A stretch of DNA of 64,000 nucleotides from a virus (Duplodnaviria > Caudoviricetes). The DNA lies in IMG/VR virus record IMGVR_UViG_2654588150_000002, positions 418-64,417 of that record; one strand, written 5' to 3'. The notes below the pieces were generated by a model that was not told the origin of the DNA, made no database searches, and saw only the letters and a list, made by a program, of their open reading frames with translations. A program made the translations under genes and the position numbers. This document shows, one piece after another, positions 18,549 through 28,252 of this stretch (position 1 is its first letter; each line of letters begins with the position of its first letter).

Positions 18549-18950
18549 ATGCTCACCAACACCGAACGCCGCGCGCTGGAACTGGCCCGCGTCCGTATCG
18601 AAGCGAAGCAGCACGTTCACCTGTGCTACGCGCTCAACACCGTAAGCGGCATCATCGACACGCCGGCCATGACGGGCGCATGCAACCGCCTCAAGTGCTT
18701 CATCATGCGCAGGCTCGCACCGCACGCCACGCTCGACGACTGGATCGGCGAGCACCATCCCGATCGCGTGCCGCAGTACAACGACGATCGCCGGCAGGCG
18801 CGCATCGACTGGATCAACTGGATGCTCGACGAGACGCCCGCACGCACGCCTACCGTGACCGTGCGCGCAATCCCGCGTATCGAGACGCTTGTGAGCGCAC
18901 GCCGCATCAGCGTGCCCGTACCGCGCGACCGTAGGCCCACGTTCGTATGA
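18549..18950 (+). CDS. Phage hypothetical protein
   Basis: AAGGA RBS; ARIDWINWML motif. Confidence 0.7.
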   Translation: MLTNTERRALELARVRIEAKQHVHLCYALNTVSGIIDTPAMTGACNRLKCFIMRRLAPHATLDDWIGEHHPDRVPQYNDDRRQARIDWINWMLDETPARTPTVTVRAIPRIETLVSARRISVPVPRDRRPTFV

Positions 18951-19222
18951 GCAAGGTCGAGCGCAAGTGCGAGTGGTGTGCGAAGCCGTTCACCGCTCGC
19001 TCGGCGGACGTAAAGCGCGGATGGGCTCGCTTCTGCGGCAAGAGTTGCAAGGCGAGTCACCAAGAGGCATTCAACAGAAGCAGGAACATGGGAGGCAAGA
19101 AGGCCGTAAAGCGTCAGACGCGGCACGATCGCCTCGACGATGAACGCAGCGAGCGCGAACTGTTCGAGGAGCGGCACCAGCAGGCGCTATACGAATCGAG
19201 TAGCTGCCACGGGCAGGACTGA
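18947..19222 (+). CDS. Small zinc-ribbon protein
   Basis: CEWC..PF...FCGKSC. Confidence 0.7.
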   Translation: MSKVERKCEWCAKPFTARSADVKRGWARFCGKSCKASHQEAFNRSRNMGGKKAVKRQTRHDRLDDERSERELFEERHQQALYESSSCHGQD

Positions 19223-19296
19223 GCGGCAGGTAACAAAAGGTAATTGGTGCGGCACCATACCAAACGGTGCGACAACGTTCAATGTAGTTATCCACA

Positions 19297-19572
19297 ATGG
19301 AGAAGGTAATGCAAGGATCGGCACGCAGGATCGCAATCGCAGGCATGGGCGCAATGGGCGCAATGGCGGCAGGCTTGGGCAGCTTGGCGCGCGGCGCATT
19401 GGGCACGGTCAACGGAGTGACCATCCATCCGCCTGCGCGCATCAACGAGGACGGCATCCCGGTTCACGAGCGCACGCCGCGCACGAGCGGCAAGAGCATT
19501 AGCGTCGCGCAGGGCAAGCGCAACGCCGTGAAGGCCAAGAACCGGGCTCGCAACCGGAGGGCGCACAAGTGA
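19297..19572 (+). CDS. Basic phage hypothetical protein
   Basis: ORF with K/R-rich C-terminus; start may be 19309. Confidence 0.6.
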   Translation: MEKVMQGSARRIAIAGMGAMGAMAAGLGSLARGALGTVNGVTIHPPARINEDGIPVHERTPRTSGKSISVAQGKRNAVKAKNRARNRRAHK

Positions 19573-19694
19573 ACTACGACGACTGGATCACGAGCGGCCT
19601 GGACGAATGGCTCGGCGAGGTTCGCCCGCTGACTCCCGAGGAGCGCGAGGAGCGGCAGCGCGACGAGCATGAACGCCGCCACATTGACGACTAA
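19569..19694 (+). CDS. Small acidic phage peptide
   Basis: GGAGG RBS, GTGA coupling. Confidence 0.5.
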   Translation: MNYDDWITSGLDEWLGEVRPLTPEEREERQRDEHERRHIDD

Positions 19695-19787
19695 TGAGAA
19701 CGAAGGCCCGCCACGCGCGGGCTTTTGAGCTTTATCTACTCATCGCTTGCGGGTCTGAAAGCAAGAATCCGCTCAAAGGACTGGACC

Positions 19788-19910
19788 ATGAAGAAGATTC
19801 TTATTGCAATCGGCATTATCGTTGGCTCGCTCTACATCGCGGGCGCGTTCGGCATCGGCGTGTTCGAGCTGCACTACGGCGCCAAGAGCATGTGCGAGGC
19901 CCGGCCGTGA
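19788..19910 (+). CDS. Small membrane protein
   Basis: MKKILIAIGIIVGSLYIAGAFGIG; AAGGA RBS. Confidence 0.55.
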   Translation: MKKILIAIGIIVGSLYIAGAFGIGVFELHYGAKSMCEARP

Positions 19911-20251
19911 CCGTCTATGTCGACGATATGTTCCAGTTCGAGCTTGGGCGACTCGGCCGCATGAAGATGTCGCACATGATTGCGGACACAACCGAGGAGT
20001 TGACGGCGGCCGCATACGAGATAGGCATGCAGCCCGGCTGGATCCAGAAGCGCGGCACGCATGGCGAGCACTTCGACGTATCGAAGGGCAAGCGCGACCT
20101 CGCCATCGCTAACGGCGCCGTGCCGATCACGTTGCGCCAGTGCTCGGCCATGTGCATGCGCAGGAAGGTCGAGGGCCAGCTCGGCACGCCCGAGGAGGCC
20201 GAAGCGTGGCGCGACGCCTACGCAACAGCACGACGGGCCGCAATGGTTTGA
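19907..20251 (+). CDS. DUF4031 protein
   Basis: TVYVDD...MSHMIADT.EEL...HFDV signature. Confidence 0.85.
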   Translation: MTVYVDDMFQFELGRLGRMKMSHMIADTTEELTAAAYEIGMQPGWIQKRGTHGEHFDVSKGKRDLAIANGAVPITLRQCSAMCMRRKVEGQLGTPEEAEAWRDAYATARRAAMV

Positions 20252-20283
20252 CAGGCGAACCAGCCGGATCGACAATCGCACCA
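20244..20283 (+). promoter_or_regulatory. Promoter TTGACA-17-GACAAT with tandem operators
   Basis: Operators 20244-20262 and 20265-20283 cover -35 (20248-20253) and -10 (20271-20276). Confidence 0.7.
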
Positions 20284-20309
20284 GTTTGTCAACCGGCAAG
20301 GAGCCCGTC

Positions 20310-20642
20310 ATGTCCGTCCAGATCGACGAAGATACCCAAGTTGTGACCCTGTTGGACCGAGCCGCCGCCGCACTTGCCGGCGACTGGTTCGCTTTGCCGC
20401 GCTCGCGCCCGCGCCGCGCCATTCAGGCCGTGGTGAGTGGCAACGGCGCCGTTACCGCTTCCGTAGTGATCGAGGGGAGCAACGACGCCGCTAACGCGTT
20501 GCCGCTCGGCACGATCGACCTTACGGGCGCCTCGCCGCAGACGGACGGCTTTCTGTCCGATGCAGAGTGGGCATTCGTGCGCGCCCGCGTCGTAAGCGTC
20601 ACTGGCACTGGCGCAGTCGTGTCCGTGACGATGGGGATTTAA
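20310..20642 (+). CDS. Phage hypothetical beta-rich protein
   Basis: AAGGAG RBS; VIEGSND...W.FVRARV motif. Confidence 0.72.
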   Translation: MSVQIDEDTQVVTLLDRAAAALAGDWFALPRSRPRRAIQAVVSGNGAVTASVVIEGSNDAANALPLGTIDLTGASPQTDGFLSDAEWAFVRARVVSVTGTGAVVSVTMGI

Positions 20643-20645
20643 CCC

Positions 20646-21902
20646 ATGACCACGACCCTCTCCAAACTCGCCAAGCGCGCAGTCGAAGGCGGCAGCGCTC
20701 CGCCGCCGGCCAGCAACAAGACGCTGCGCAACATCGCGACGCGCTGCCGGCATAACTACCAGGCCTACGCCACGGTGTCTCGCGCGTTCCGTAGCAAGAC
20801 GTGGCACATGAACCTTGGCGACGACATCATCGCGAGCGAAGGCGTCCAGTTGAAGTACGGCAACTGGTACGCAAACAACGTGCAGGAATACAGCGGCGCG
20901 GCGAACGTGACGTACTACGCCAGCATCGAGTACCCCATCGGCCAGTTCACCATCGTCAACTGGGGCGGGGCACAGTTCTCGCCATCAGTCGCGCCAGGTG
21001 CGAACGTCACTTCGGATGCGGTCAAGATCGCGATTCCGAAGGGTGAAGTGTTCTTCGTGCATACCATCTCGGTGTATGACTCGGCCATCACCATCCCGAT
21101 CGCGGCGAGCGCCGTGGCAGCGCTGCCCGAATCGTCGTATGCGTGGACGGATGCACAGTGGACGTCACTGACCACGGACCCGCGTGCATTCCTCACGGGC
21201 ACGGCCAATACTGGCGGCGCAGCAGCGGGCACGTCCATCCAGTACCCGCTCGCGGTGCTCGGCCAGTCGAGCGTGCCGAGCGTCATCATCTACGGTGACA
21301 GCCGCGCATCGGGCCGCAGTGACGGCGTGGCCGCCAACACCAAGGCCGATTTCGGCTTTTGGGGCTTGGGCGAGATTGCCCGCTCTATCGGGCGCGGCCG
21401 TCCGTACTGCAACGTTGGCTGCGAGACGGACACGATCCAGAACTTCAACCTCTCGAAAGCGCTGCGCGTGGCCCTTGCGGTCGATCACCAGTACGTCCAC
21501 TTCGAGTACGGCATCAACGACCTGACGGCGGGCCGCACGGCAGCAGTCATCCAAGCGGCACTGACCAGCGCGTACAACCTGCCCGACTTCGCAACGAAGA
21601 AGGTCAGCCAGTCCACCATCCCGCCCGTCACGACCTCGACGGACTTGTGGGTAACGACGGCCAACCAGACCGTAGTGGCATCCAACCCGCAGCGCGTCTT
21701 GCTCAACGACTGGTTTCGCACCAAGCCGGCGCCGCTGTGGAAGTATTTCGAGGTTGCCGACGTGATGGAGAGCGCGCGCAACAGCGGTATTTGGGCCGCT
21801 CCGGGTGGTGCGGCACTGACGGGAGACGGCACGCACGAGGCGCCGATCGCGTACCAGATGATCCAGCAGTCCGGCAACATCGACCCCGCCGTTTTCGTCT
21901 AG
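20646..21902 (+). CDS. SGNH/GDSL-family esterase with N-terminal beta domain
   Basis: GDS (YGDSR), GxND (YGINDL), DxxH (DGTH). Confidence 0.8.
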   Translation: MTTTLSKLAKRAVEGGSAPPPASNKTLRNIATRCRHNYQAYATVSRAFRSKTWHMNLGDDIIASEGVQLKYGNWYANNVQEYSGAANVTYYASIEYPIGQFTIVNWGGAQFSPSVAPGANVTSDAVKIAIPKGEVFFVHTISVYDSAITIPIAASAVAALPESSYAWTDAQWTSLTTDPRAFLTGTANTGGAAAGTSIQYPLAVLGQSSVPSVIIYGDSRASGRSDGVAANTKADFGFWGLGEIARSIGRGRPYCNVGCETDTIQNFNLSKALRVALAVDHQYVHFEYGINDLTAGRTAAVIQAALTSAYNLPDFATKKVSQSTIPPVTTSTDLWVTTANQTVVASNPQRVLLNDWFRTKPAPLWKYFEVADVMESARNSGIWAAPGGAALTGDGTHEAPIAYQMIQQSGNIDPAVFV

Positions 21903-21904
21903 GC

Positions 21905-23479
21905 ATGACCGAGTACGCACTCCCGACCGACCCGGCCGAGCTGGCCGCCAAACTGGCTGATCCCATGTGGCGGCTGTGCTCGGGCGCGTTGTACAAAATC
22001 CTCATCAAGGGCGACGACGAGGATGACGACGGGCTAGTGCTGCCGTTCAAGCCGAACCGCGCGCAGAAGCGACTCATGCGCCGGCTATGGCATCGCAACC
22101 TGATCCTGAAAGCGCGTCAGCTCGGGTTCACCACGCTCATTTGCATCATGTGGCTGGACCACGCGCTATTCAATCCGAACAGTCGGTGCGGCATCATCGC
22201 GCAGGACCGCGAGGCGGCCGAAGTCATCTTTCGCGACAAGGTGAAGTTCGCATACGACAACATGCCGAACGCGCTGAAAGAGGCGATGCCGCTCATTACG
22301 TGCAACAAGTCGGAAATCGTGTTCAAGAACAACAGTTCGGTGCGCGTCGCGACGTCGATGCGCTCGGGCACGATTCACCGCCTGCACATCTCTGAGTTCG
22401 GGAAGATTTGCGCAAAGCACCCGGACAAGGCGGCCGAAGTCGTCACGGGCTCGATACCCGCCGTGCCAAAGAGCGGCATTCTCGTGATCGAGTCCACCGC
22501 GGAGGGCCGCGAAGGCGAGTTCTACGAAATCTCGAAGCGCGCCGAGGCATTGATGCAGGAAGGGCGGCCGCTCACGCCGCGCGACTACCGTTTCCACTTC
22601 TATCCGTGGTGGCAGGCGCCTGAGTACGTGCTCGACGCGAAGCACGTCCGCATCACGCCGAAGGACGAGGAGTATTTCGCCCGCGTCGAGGCGCGCATGA
22701 AGATCGTGCTCGGACGCGAGCAGCGCGCATGGTACGTCGCCACGCGCGACGCCGACTTTGCAGGCAACGAGGAACGTATGTGGCAAGAATACCCGTCCGA
22801 CCCGGACGAACCGTTCAAGGTATCGACCGAGGGCACGTACTACGCGCAGCAGATCGCGACCGCGCGCACGCAGGGCAGGTTCAAGCAGCTCATTCCCGTA
22901 CTGCCCGGCATCCCGTGCTACACGTTTTGGGACATCGGCAACAGCGACGGCACCGCGATTTGGGTATTGCAGCACCTGGACAGCGAGTGGCGCGGCATCC
23001 GGTTCAAGGAAGGTTGGGGCGAGCCCTACGCGCACTACGCGAAGTGGTTGCAGGACACGGGCCTGATCTTCGGCGAGCACTTCCTACCGCACGACGCGGA
23101 CCACGTTCGGCAGGGCGAGACGACGAACAAGAGCCCGAAGCAAATGCTCGAAGGGCTCATGCCCGGCCATCGGTTCACGATCGTCCCGCGCATCGAGGAC
23201 GTGAATTGGGGCATCCAGCAGACGCGCGACGTGTTCCCGCTCCTTTGGTTCGACGACACGCACACGAGCGAGGGCGTCGTCCACCTGGAGAACTACCGGA
23301 AGAAGTGGAGCGCGCAGCAGCAGCGCTGGATGACTGAGCCCGACAAAGCCGGCGGCCATTCCGAAGCGGCCGATGCACTTCGTCAGTTCGCCCAAGCATA
23401 TACTGGCGGCCTTATCAACGTTCGTCGCAATACCACGACGAAGAAAACCGCGCGCAAACGTAGCTGGCGCACAACTTGA
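21905..23479 (+). CDS. terL: Terminase large subunit
   Basis: LKARQLGFTT, LHISE, ESTAEG, WDIG, SEAADALR motifs. Confidence 0.93.
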   Translation: MTEYALPTDPAELAAKLADPMWRLCSGALYKILIKGDDEDDDGLVLPFKPNRAQKRLMRRLWHRNLILKARQLGFTTLICIMWLDHALFNPNSRCGIIAQDREAAEVIFRDKVKFAYDNMPNALKEAMPLITCNKSEIVFKNNSSVRVATSMRSGTIHRLHISEFGKICAKHPDKAAEVVTGSIPAVPKSGILVIESTAEGREGEFYEISKRAEALMQEGRPLTPRDYRFHFYPWWQAPEYVLDAKHVRITPKDEEYFARVEARMKIVLGREQRAWYVATRDADFAGNEERMWQEYPSDPDEPFKVSTEGTYYAQQIATARTQGRFKQLIPVLPGIPCYTFWDIGNSDGTAIWVLQHLDSEWRGIRFKEGWGEPYAHYAKWLQDTGLIFGEHFLPHDADHVRQGETTNKSPKQMLEGLMPGHRFTIVPRIEDVNWGIQQTRDVFPLLWFDDTHTSEGVVHLENYRKKWSAQQQRWMTEPDKAGGHSEAADALRQFAQAYTGGLINVRRNTTTKKTARKRSWRTT

Positions 23480-23491
23480 GGAGAGAGAACC

Positions 23492-23938
23492 ATGCTTGAA
23501 CGTGCCCGCCCCATGATCGACCTTACCCGCCATGCGTTTGTCCGCCAGCTCGGCGACTTCACGCTGTTCGGAACGTGGGTCTACGATGCAGACCTCGACG
23601 ACGACGAGCCCGCGCTCGTTCTCATTCCGACGTATCGCACCATGCGGCACGGTATCAGACCGTGCGTTATCGCACTATCAGCCGCGTTTCGCTACACTGA
23701 CCCGCGACACCTGGCCGCCGTCTCGCTGGAGTTCGCCAAGGCGCTCGGCTTCGAGGACACGCTGATGTCGAGCGCGAACAAGATCGGCGAAATCATCCAC
23801 TCGCACTTGCTCGACCTCATCAAGATGCCCGAGAACCCGACCGAGGCACTCGTAGGCGCGACGGCGAACGTCGATTTTGGCGACGGCCGCAAACGCACTG
23901 TCGAGATTCTTGACCACGTACCGCAGGCACAAGCCTGA
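23492..23938 (+). CDS. Conserved phage protein between terL and portal
   Basis: GAGGAG RBS, synteny. Confidence 0.75.
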   Translation: MLERARPMIDLTRHAFVRQLGDFTLFGTWVYDADLDDDEPALVLIPTYRTMRHGIRPCVIALSAAFRYTDPRHLAAVSLEFAKALGFEDTLMSSANKIGEIIHSHLLDLIKMPENPTEALVGATANVDFGDGRKRTVEILDHVPQAQA

Positions 23939-23954
23939 ACCATAGGAGCCGACC

Positions 23955-26270
23955 GTGTTCGACCTGAACGACGACGACGCTACGCGCGTCACCCCCGCAC
24001 GCACCGACGAGGGCGACACTCCGGCGGACACGGCGGCCGCGCTCGCGGCAAGCGTGAAGCCGAACGACCTCGACGGCGAGAAGGCTCGCGGCCTGCAAGC
24101 GCGCCTCGTCTCCTACTACCGGCAAGAGCTGTCGCGGCAGGAAGGTAATCGCGCAGAGATGGCAGTAGATGAGGACTACTATGACAATATCCAGTGGACC
24201 GAGGAAGAACTGGAGGAGTTGCGCGAGCGCGGACAGGCCGCCACGGTCTACAACGTCATTGCGCAGTCGATCAACTGGATCATCGGCAGCGAGAAGCGCG
24301 GACGCTCTGACTTCAAGGTATTGCCGCGCCGCAAGGACGGCGGCCGTGCGGCCGAGCTGAAAACGTCGCTCCTCAAGTACCTGTCGGACGTGAACCACCT
24401 GCCGTTCTCCCGCTCGCAGGCATTCGAGGAGACGGTGAAGGCCGGTATCTCGTGGCTGGAAACGCAGATTCAGCACGAGGACGACGGCGAGCCGATCTAC
24501 GCCGGCTCCGAGAGCTGGCGCAACATCATTTGGGACTCGACCTATCGCCGGCTCGACCTCGAAGATTGCCGCTACATCTTCCGCGTGAAGTGGGTAGACC
24601 TCGACGTCGCTATTGCGCTGTTCCCCGAGCGTAAGGCGCAGCTCGAACGCGCCGCGATGGACAACTACGATACGTGGGGCGCCGATGACCTCGACGGCGA
24701 CGACGCGATGGACAGCATCGAGTACGAGCGCGAGATTGCCGGCGGCGTGCGCGATGCGGCCACCGTCTACGTGCGCAAGCGCGTGCGCCTGATCGAAGCG
24801 TGGTTCCGCATGCCCGAGCGCGTTCAAAAGCTGCGCGGCTCGCGCTCCGACTTCCGCGGCGAAGTGTTCGACCCGAACGACGAGCGCCACCTTGTCGAGC
24901 TGCAAACCGGCCGCGCAACGCTCGCCGTCGCGCCGATGATGCGCATGTACTGCGCGATCATGACGACGGCCGACATGCTGGTGTACGGCGCGAGCCCGTA
25001 CCGGCACAACCGCTATCCGTTCACCCCGATTTGGGGCTATCGCCGCTCGCGCGACGGCATGCCCTACGGCGTGATCCGCGCCATGCGTGGCATGCAAGAC
25101 GACGTGAACAAGCGGCTCTCGAAGGCGCTCTACATTCTGTCGACCAACAAGGTCATCATGGATGAAGGCGCGGTAGACGATATCGAGAAGTTCCGCACCG
25201 AGGTTGCACGCCCGGATGCCGTGATCGAGAAGAAGCCCGGCAAGTCGCTCGAAATCAACGTGGACCGCGACCTCGAACCGGCGCACTTGGAGCTTGCCTC
25301 GCGCTCCATGAACATGATTCAGCAGGTAGGCGGTGTGACCGATGAAATGCTCGGCCGCACGACCAACGCTGTATCTGGCGTCGCGGTGCAGGCCCGGCAA
25401 GAGCAAGGCTCCATCGCCACGAACAAGCTGTTCGATAACCTGCGCCTCGCGTTCCAGCAGCACGGCGAGAAGGAACTGAGCCTGATCGAGCAGTACATGA
25501 CGGACGAAAAGCAGTTCCGCATCACGAACATGCGCGGTGCGCCTGAGTACGTGCAGATGAATGACGGCCTGCCCGAGAACGACATCACGCGCAGCAAGGC
25601 GGACTTCATCATCGACGAAGCCGAGTGGCGCGCGACCATGCGCCAGGCGGCCGTATCCGAGCTGATGGAATTGCTCACGAAGATGCCGCCGGAAATCAGC
25701 ATCACCATGCTCGACTTGCTGGTCGAGAACATGGACATTCCGAACCGCGACGAGCTGGTGAAGCGCATCCGCGCCGTGAACGGCCAGAAAGACCCGGACC
25801 AAACGGAACCGACGCCGGAAGATATGGCGCGCGAGCAGGCGAAGCAGCAAGAGACGCAGTATCAGACCGCGATGGCGATGGCAGCTCTCGACGAGGCACA
25901 GGCCAAGGCCGCAAAGACCAAGGCAGACGCCTCGCGAGCAGCAGCGGAGGCAATCAAGGCGCAGGCCGGAACCGACATCATCGTGAAGCAAGGCATCCGC
26001 GAGGGTGTTTTGGCAATCAAAGACGCAACGGATGCTGCTACGGCCGTCGCGTTTATGCCAGAATTGGCGGGCTTGGCGGATGGCATCCTGCGCGAGGCCG
26101 GCTGGACCGACCCGAACACGCCTTCCGCTGATGCACCGCAAGACATTCCGTACCGTCCGACAACCATCGTCCAGAATGGTTTGGGCGATCCGGCCGCAGC
26201 AGCAGCACCCGCGCCGTCCGGCGCACCTATCGCACCACACAATGCGATACCAAACCAACCCATGCAATAG
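23955..26270 (+). CDS. Portal protein (P22-like)
   Basis: DYYD..QW, GMPYGVIR...QDDVNKR, SGVAVQARQEQG motifs. Confidence 0.92.
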   Translation: MFDLNDDDATRVTPARTDEGDTPADTAAALAASVKPNDLDGEKARGLQARLVSYYRQELSRQEGNRAEMAVDEDYYDNIQWTEEELEELRERGQAATVYNVIAQSINWIIGSEKRGRSDFKVLPRRKDGGRAAELKTSLLKYLSDVNHLPFSRSQAFEETVKAGISWLETQIQHEDDGEPIYAGSESWRNIIWDSTYRRLDLEDCRYIFRVKWVDLDVAIALFPERKAQLERAAMDNYDTWGADDLDGDDAMDSIEYEREIAGGVRDAATVYVRKRVRLIEAWFRMPERVQKLRGSRSDFRGEVFDPNDERHLVELQTGRATLAVAPMMRMYCAIMTTADMLVYGASPYRHNRYPFTPIWGYRRSRDGMPYGVIRAMRGMQDDVNKRLSKALYILSTNKVIMDEGAVDDIEKFRTEVARPDAVIEKKPGKSLEINVDRDLEPAHLELASRSMNMIQQVGGVTDEMLGRTTNAVSGVAVQARQEQGSIATNKLFDNLRLAFQQHGEKELSLIEQYMTDEKQFRITNMRGAPEYVQMNDGLPENDITRSKADFIIDEAEWRATMRQAAVSELMELLTKMPPEISITMLDLLVENMDIPNRDELVKRIRAVNGQKDPDQTEPTPEDMAREQAKQQETQYQTAMAMAALDEAQAKAAKTKADASRAAAEAIKAQAGTDIIVKQGIREGVLAIKDATDAATAVAFMPELAGLADGILREAGWTDPNTPSADAPQDIPYRPTTIVQNGLGDPAAAAAPAPSGAPIAPHNAIPNQPMQ

Positions 26271-26278
26271 AGGATGAA

Positions 26279-27250
26279 ATGAGCTATTCGAAAGAAGATT
26301 TGGAAGGGCTGACTGAGGCCGAGATTGAAGCCCTGAAAGAGGACGACGGCGCAGACGACAAGACCACGCTCGGCGACTCGCTGAACGAGGACGGAACGCC
26401 GAAGGTTGCCGCCGCCGACGAAGGGCAGACCGAAACGACCGGCAAGACGGACGACGATGCAGCGGCCGCCGCAGCAGCAGCGGAAGCAGCGGGCAAGACG
26501 GAATCGACTAACACGCCCGCCGTCGAGGCCGCCAAGGTCGACGAGAAGCCCGTTGTTGCCGAACCCGCGAAGCCGCTCCCGTTGCTGGTCGCAGAAGCGC
26601 CGGCCAACGCTGACGCCGACCTGAAAGCGATCAGCGAGAAGAAGGGCACGTTGCTCGAACAGTTCGACAACGGCGACATCACGGCAAAGGAGTATCAGAG
26701 CCAGCTCGACACGCTGAACCGTGAAGAACGCACGATCGAGCGGGCCGTCGAGAAGGCGCAGACGGCCTCCGAGATGAACCAGCAGCAGGAAAAGAACTCG
26801 TGGCTCGGCCAGGTGAATGACTTCACCACCACCGCGCACCCGGAATACCGCACGAGCAAATCGCGCTGGATGGCGCTCGACACGTTTGTTAAGGAAATCG
26901 CAGGCGACCCGGCTAACGCCAACCTGTCCGGCGGCGAAATCCTCTCGAAGGCGCATGCGATGGTCGAGGCGGACCTTGGCATCGCCACGGCGAAGAAAGA
27001 CCCGGCGCCCGAGCTGGACCCGAAGACGGGCAAGCCCAAGGTGGACGATGCCGCCGGCAAGCCGTTGAAGGGCGCGAAGATCAACCCGCCGCAGACCCTC
27101 GCCAAGGTTCCGGCCGCCGATCAGAACGAGCAGATCGACAACCGTTGGGCCGCGCTCGACCGCCTCGCAGAGACGGACCCGGAAGCGCAGGAGGAAGCGC
27201 TGTTCAAAATGAGCGCCGCCGATCGCGACGCCTACCTCGCATCGCGCTAA
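26279..27250 (+). CDS. Putative scaffolding protein
   Basis: Acidic coiled-coil protein between portal and capsid. Confidence 0.65.
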   Translation: MSYSKEDLEGLTEAEIEALKEDDGADDKTTLGDSLNEDGTPKVAAADEGQTETTGKTDDDAAAAAAAAEAAGKTESTNTPAVEAAKVDEKPVVAEPAKPLPLLVAEAPANADADLKAISEKKGTLLEQFDNGDITAKEYQSQLDTLNREERTIERAVEKAQTASEMNQQQEKNSWLGQVNDFTTTAHPEYRTSKSRWMALDTFVKEIAGDPANANLSGGEILSKAHAMVEADLGIATAKKDPAPELDPKTGKPKVDDAAGKPLKGAKINPPQTLAKVPAADQNEQIDNRWAALDRLAETDPEAQEEALFKMSAADRDAYLASR

Positions 27251-27259
27251 GGAGCCGCC

Positions 27260-27727
27260 ATGAAGTTCGTCGCGAATCCTGTGAGCGTCGAGGCTCACCA
27301 AATCCAAGCCGTCCACTCGATGCTGTCGGATGGCTCCCTGCCTATCACGTTGGAAAACGGCGAGCACGTTCCGCCGCTCCCGCCTGAAATGATCGCGCGC
27401 TACATTCCTGTGCCCGGCGATTACCTCGTGACGCAGGAGCATGGCTATCAGTACGTCAACCCGCGTGAAGCGTTCGAGCGCAAGTACGCGCCCGAGGGCT
27501 CGCGCGTGCGCTTCACGGCCAGCGACGATATCGCCAACTTCCTCGCCGACGTGAAATGCCGCGTGCGCAACGTGGGCGAGCCTGTTGAGGCGTGCGTGGT
27601 GGTGTACGGCACGTACGGCGGCAAGTTCTTCGTTGAAAGCACCGAATCGGGCGTTACCGCGCTCGGCCTGCTGGACATCGGCAATCGCACCATGCTCGAC
27701 GCGATTGTCCGGCCGCTGGAGGGATGA
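27260..27727 (+). CDS. Phage hypothetical protein
   Basis: PVPGDYLV...GYQYVNPREAFERKY motif. Confidence 0.72.
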   Translation: MKFVANPVSVEAHQIQAVHSMLSDGSLPITLENGEHVPPLPPEMIARYIPVPGDYLVTQEHGYQYVNPREAFERKYAPEGSRVRFTASDDIANFLADVKCRVRNVGEPVEACVVVYGTYGGKFFVESTESGVTALGLLDIGNRTMLDAIVRPLEG

Positions 27728-27936
27728 CCGTGGAGCGCACTCTCACTCCCGAGCAACAGGCCGACGTGCGCGAGCACGCCGACCTGACCGAGCACCTTGC
27801 CCGCATCGACGCAACGATTCAGGGCAATGCGTTCTACCGGCTCGACGACGAAGGCAAGAAGATTGTCCGCAATCAGATGATCGAATTGACCGAGCGCCGC
27901 GCCGAACTCGGCAAGCGAATCGCGCAGTTCAACTAA
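27724..27936 (+). CDS. crAss001_48-like small coiled-coil protein
   Basis: QQ.V.E..DL...L..I...F..L...Q...LGKRIAQF pattern. Confidence 0.6.
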   Translation: MTVERTLTPEQQADVREHADLTEHLARIDATIQGNAFYRLDDEGKKIVRNQMIELTERRAELGKRIAQFN

Positions 27937-27951
27937 GGTAATGAGGATCGA

Positions 27952-28143
27952 ATGCTGAAACTTGATATGAAGCCGGGCGAGAGCGTGAAGATTGGCGATG
28001 CCGTCATCACGCTTGAGGACAAAAGCGGCAAGGTCGCGCGGCTCTCCATTCAAGCCGACAAGTCGATCCCCATTGAGCGCGTGAACCAGTCGACGCCCGC
28101 CAGCATCGCCGCAAAGGTCGGGCTGTCGGGCGAGCCTGCCTAA
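27952..28143 (+). CDS. csrA: CsrA/RsmA-like protein
   Basis: ML.L..KPGESVKIGD...ARLSI.A.K.IPI.R aligns by eye with CsrA; known in Bcep22-like phages. Confidence 0.7.
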   Translation: MLKLDMKPGESVKIGDAVITLEDKSGKVARLSIQADKSIPIERVNQSTPASIAAKVGLSGEPA

Positions 28144-28145
28144 AG

Positions 28146-28197
28146 TTATCCACAGGTGCGGTTGCAAAATCGCACCACTTATTCGATAATCGCGCCA
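28146..28197 (+). promoter_or_regulatory. Capsid promoter TTGCAA-17-GATAAT with tandem operators and adjacent DnaA box
   Basis: TTATCCACA 28146-28154; operators 28159-28177 and 28179-28197 (degenerate). Confidence 0.7.
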
Positions 28198-28252
28198 ACT
28201 GCGGCGCAGGACGTGCCAAGGTGAATGTGACCAACTTTCATCGAGGCTACTC

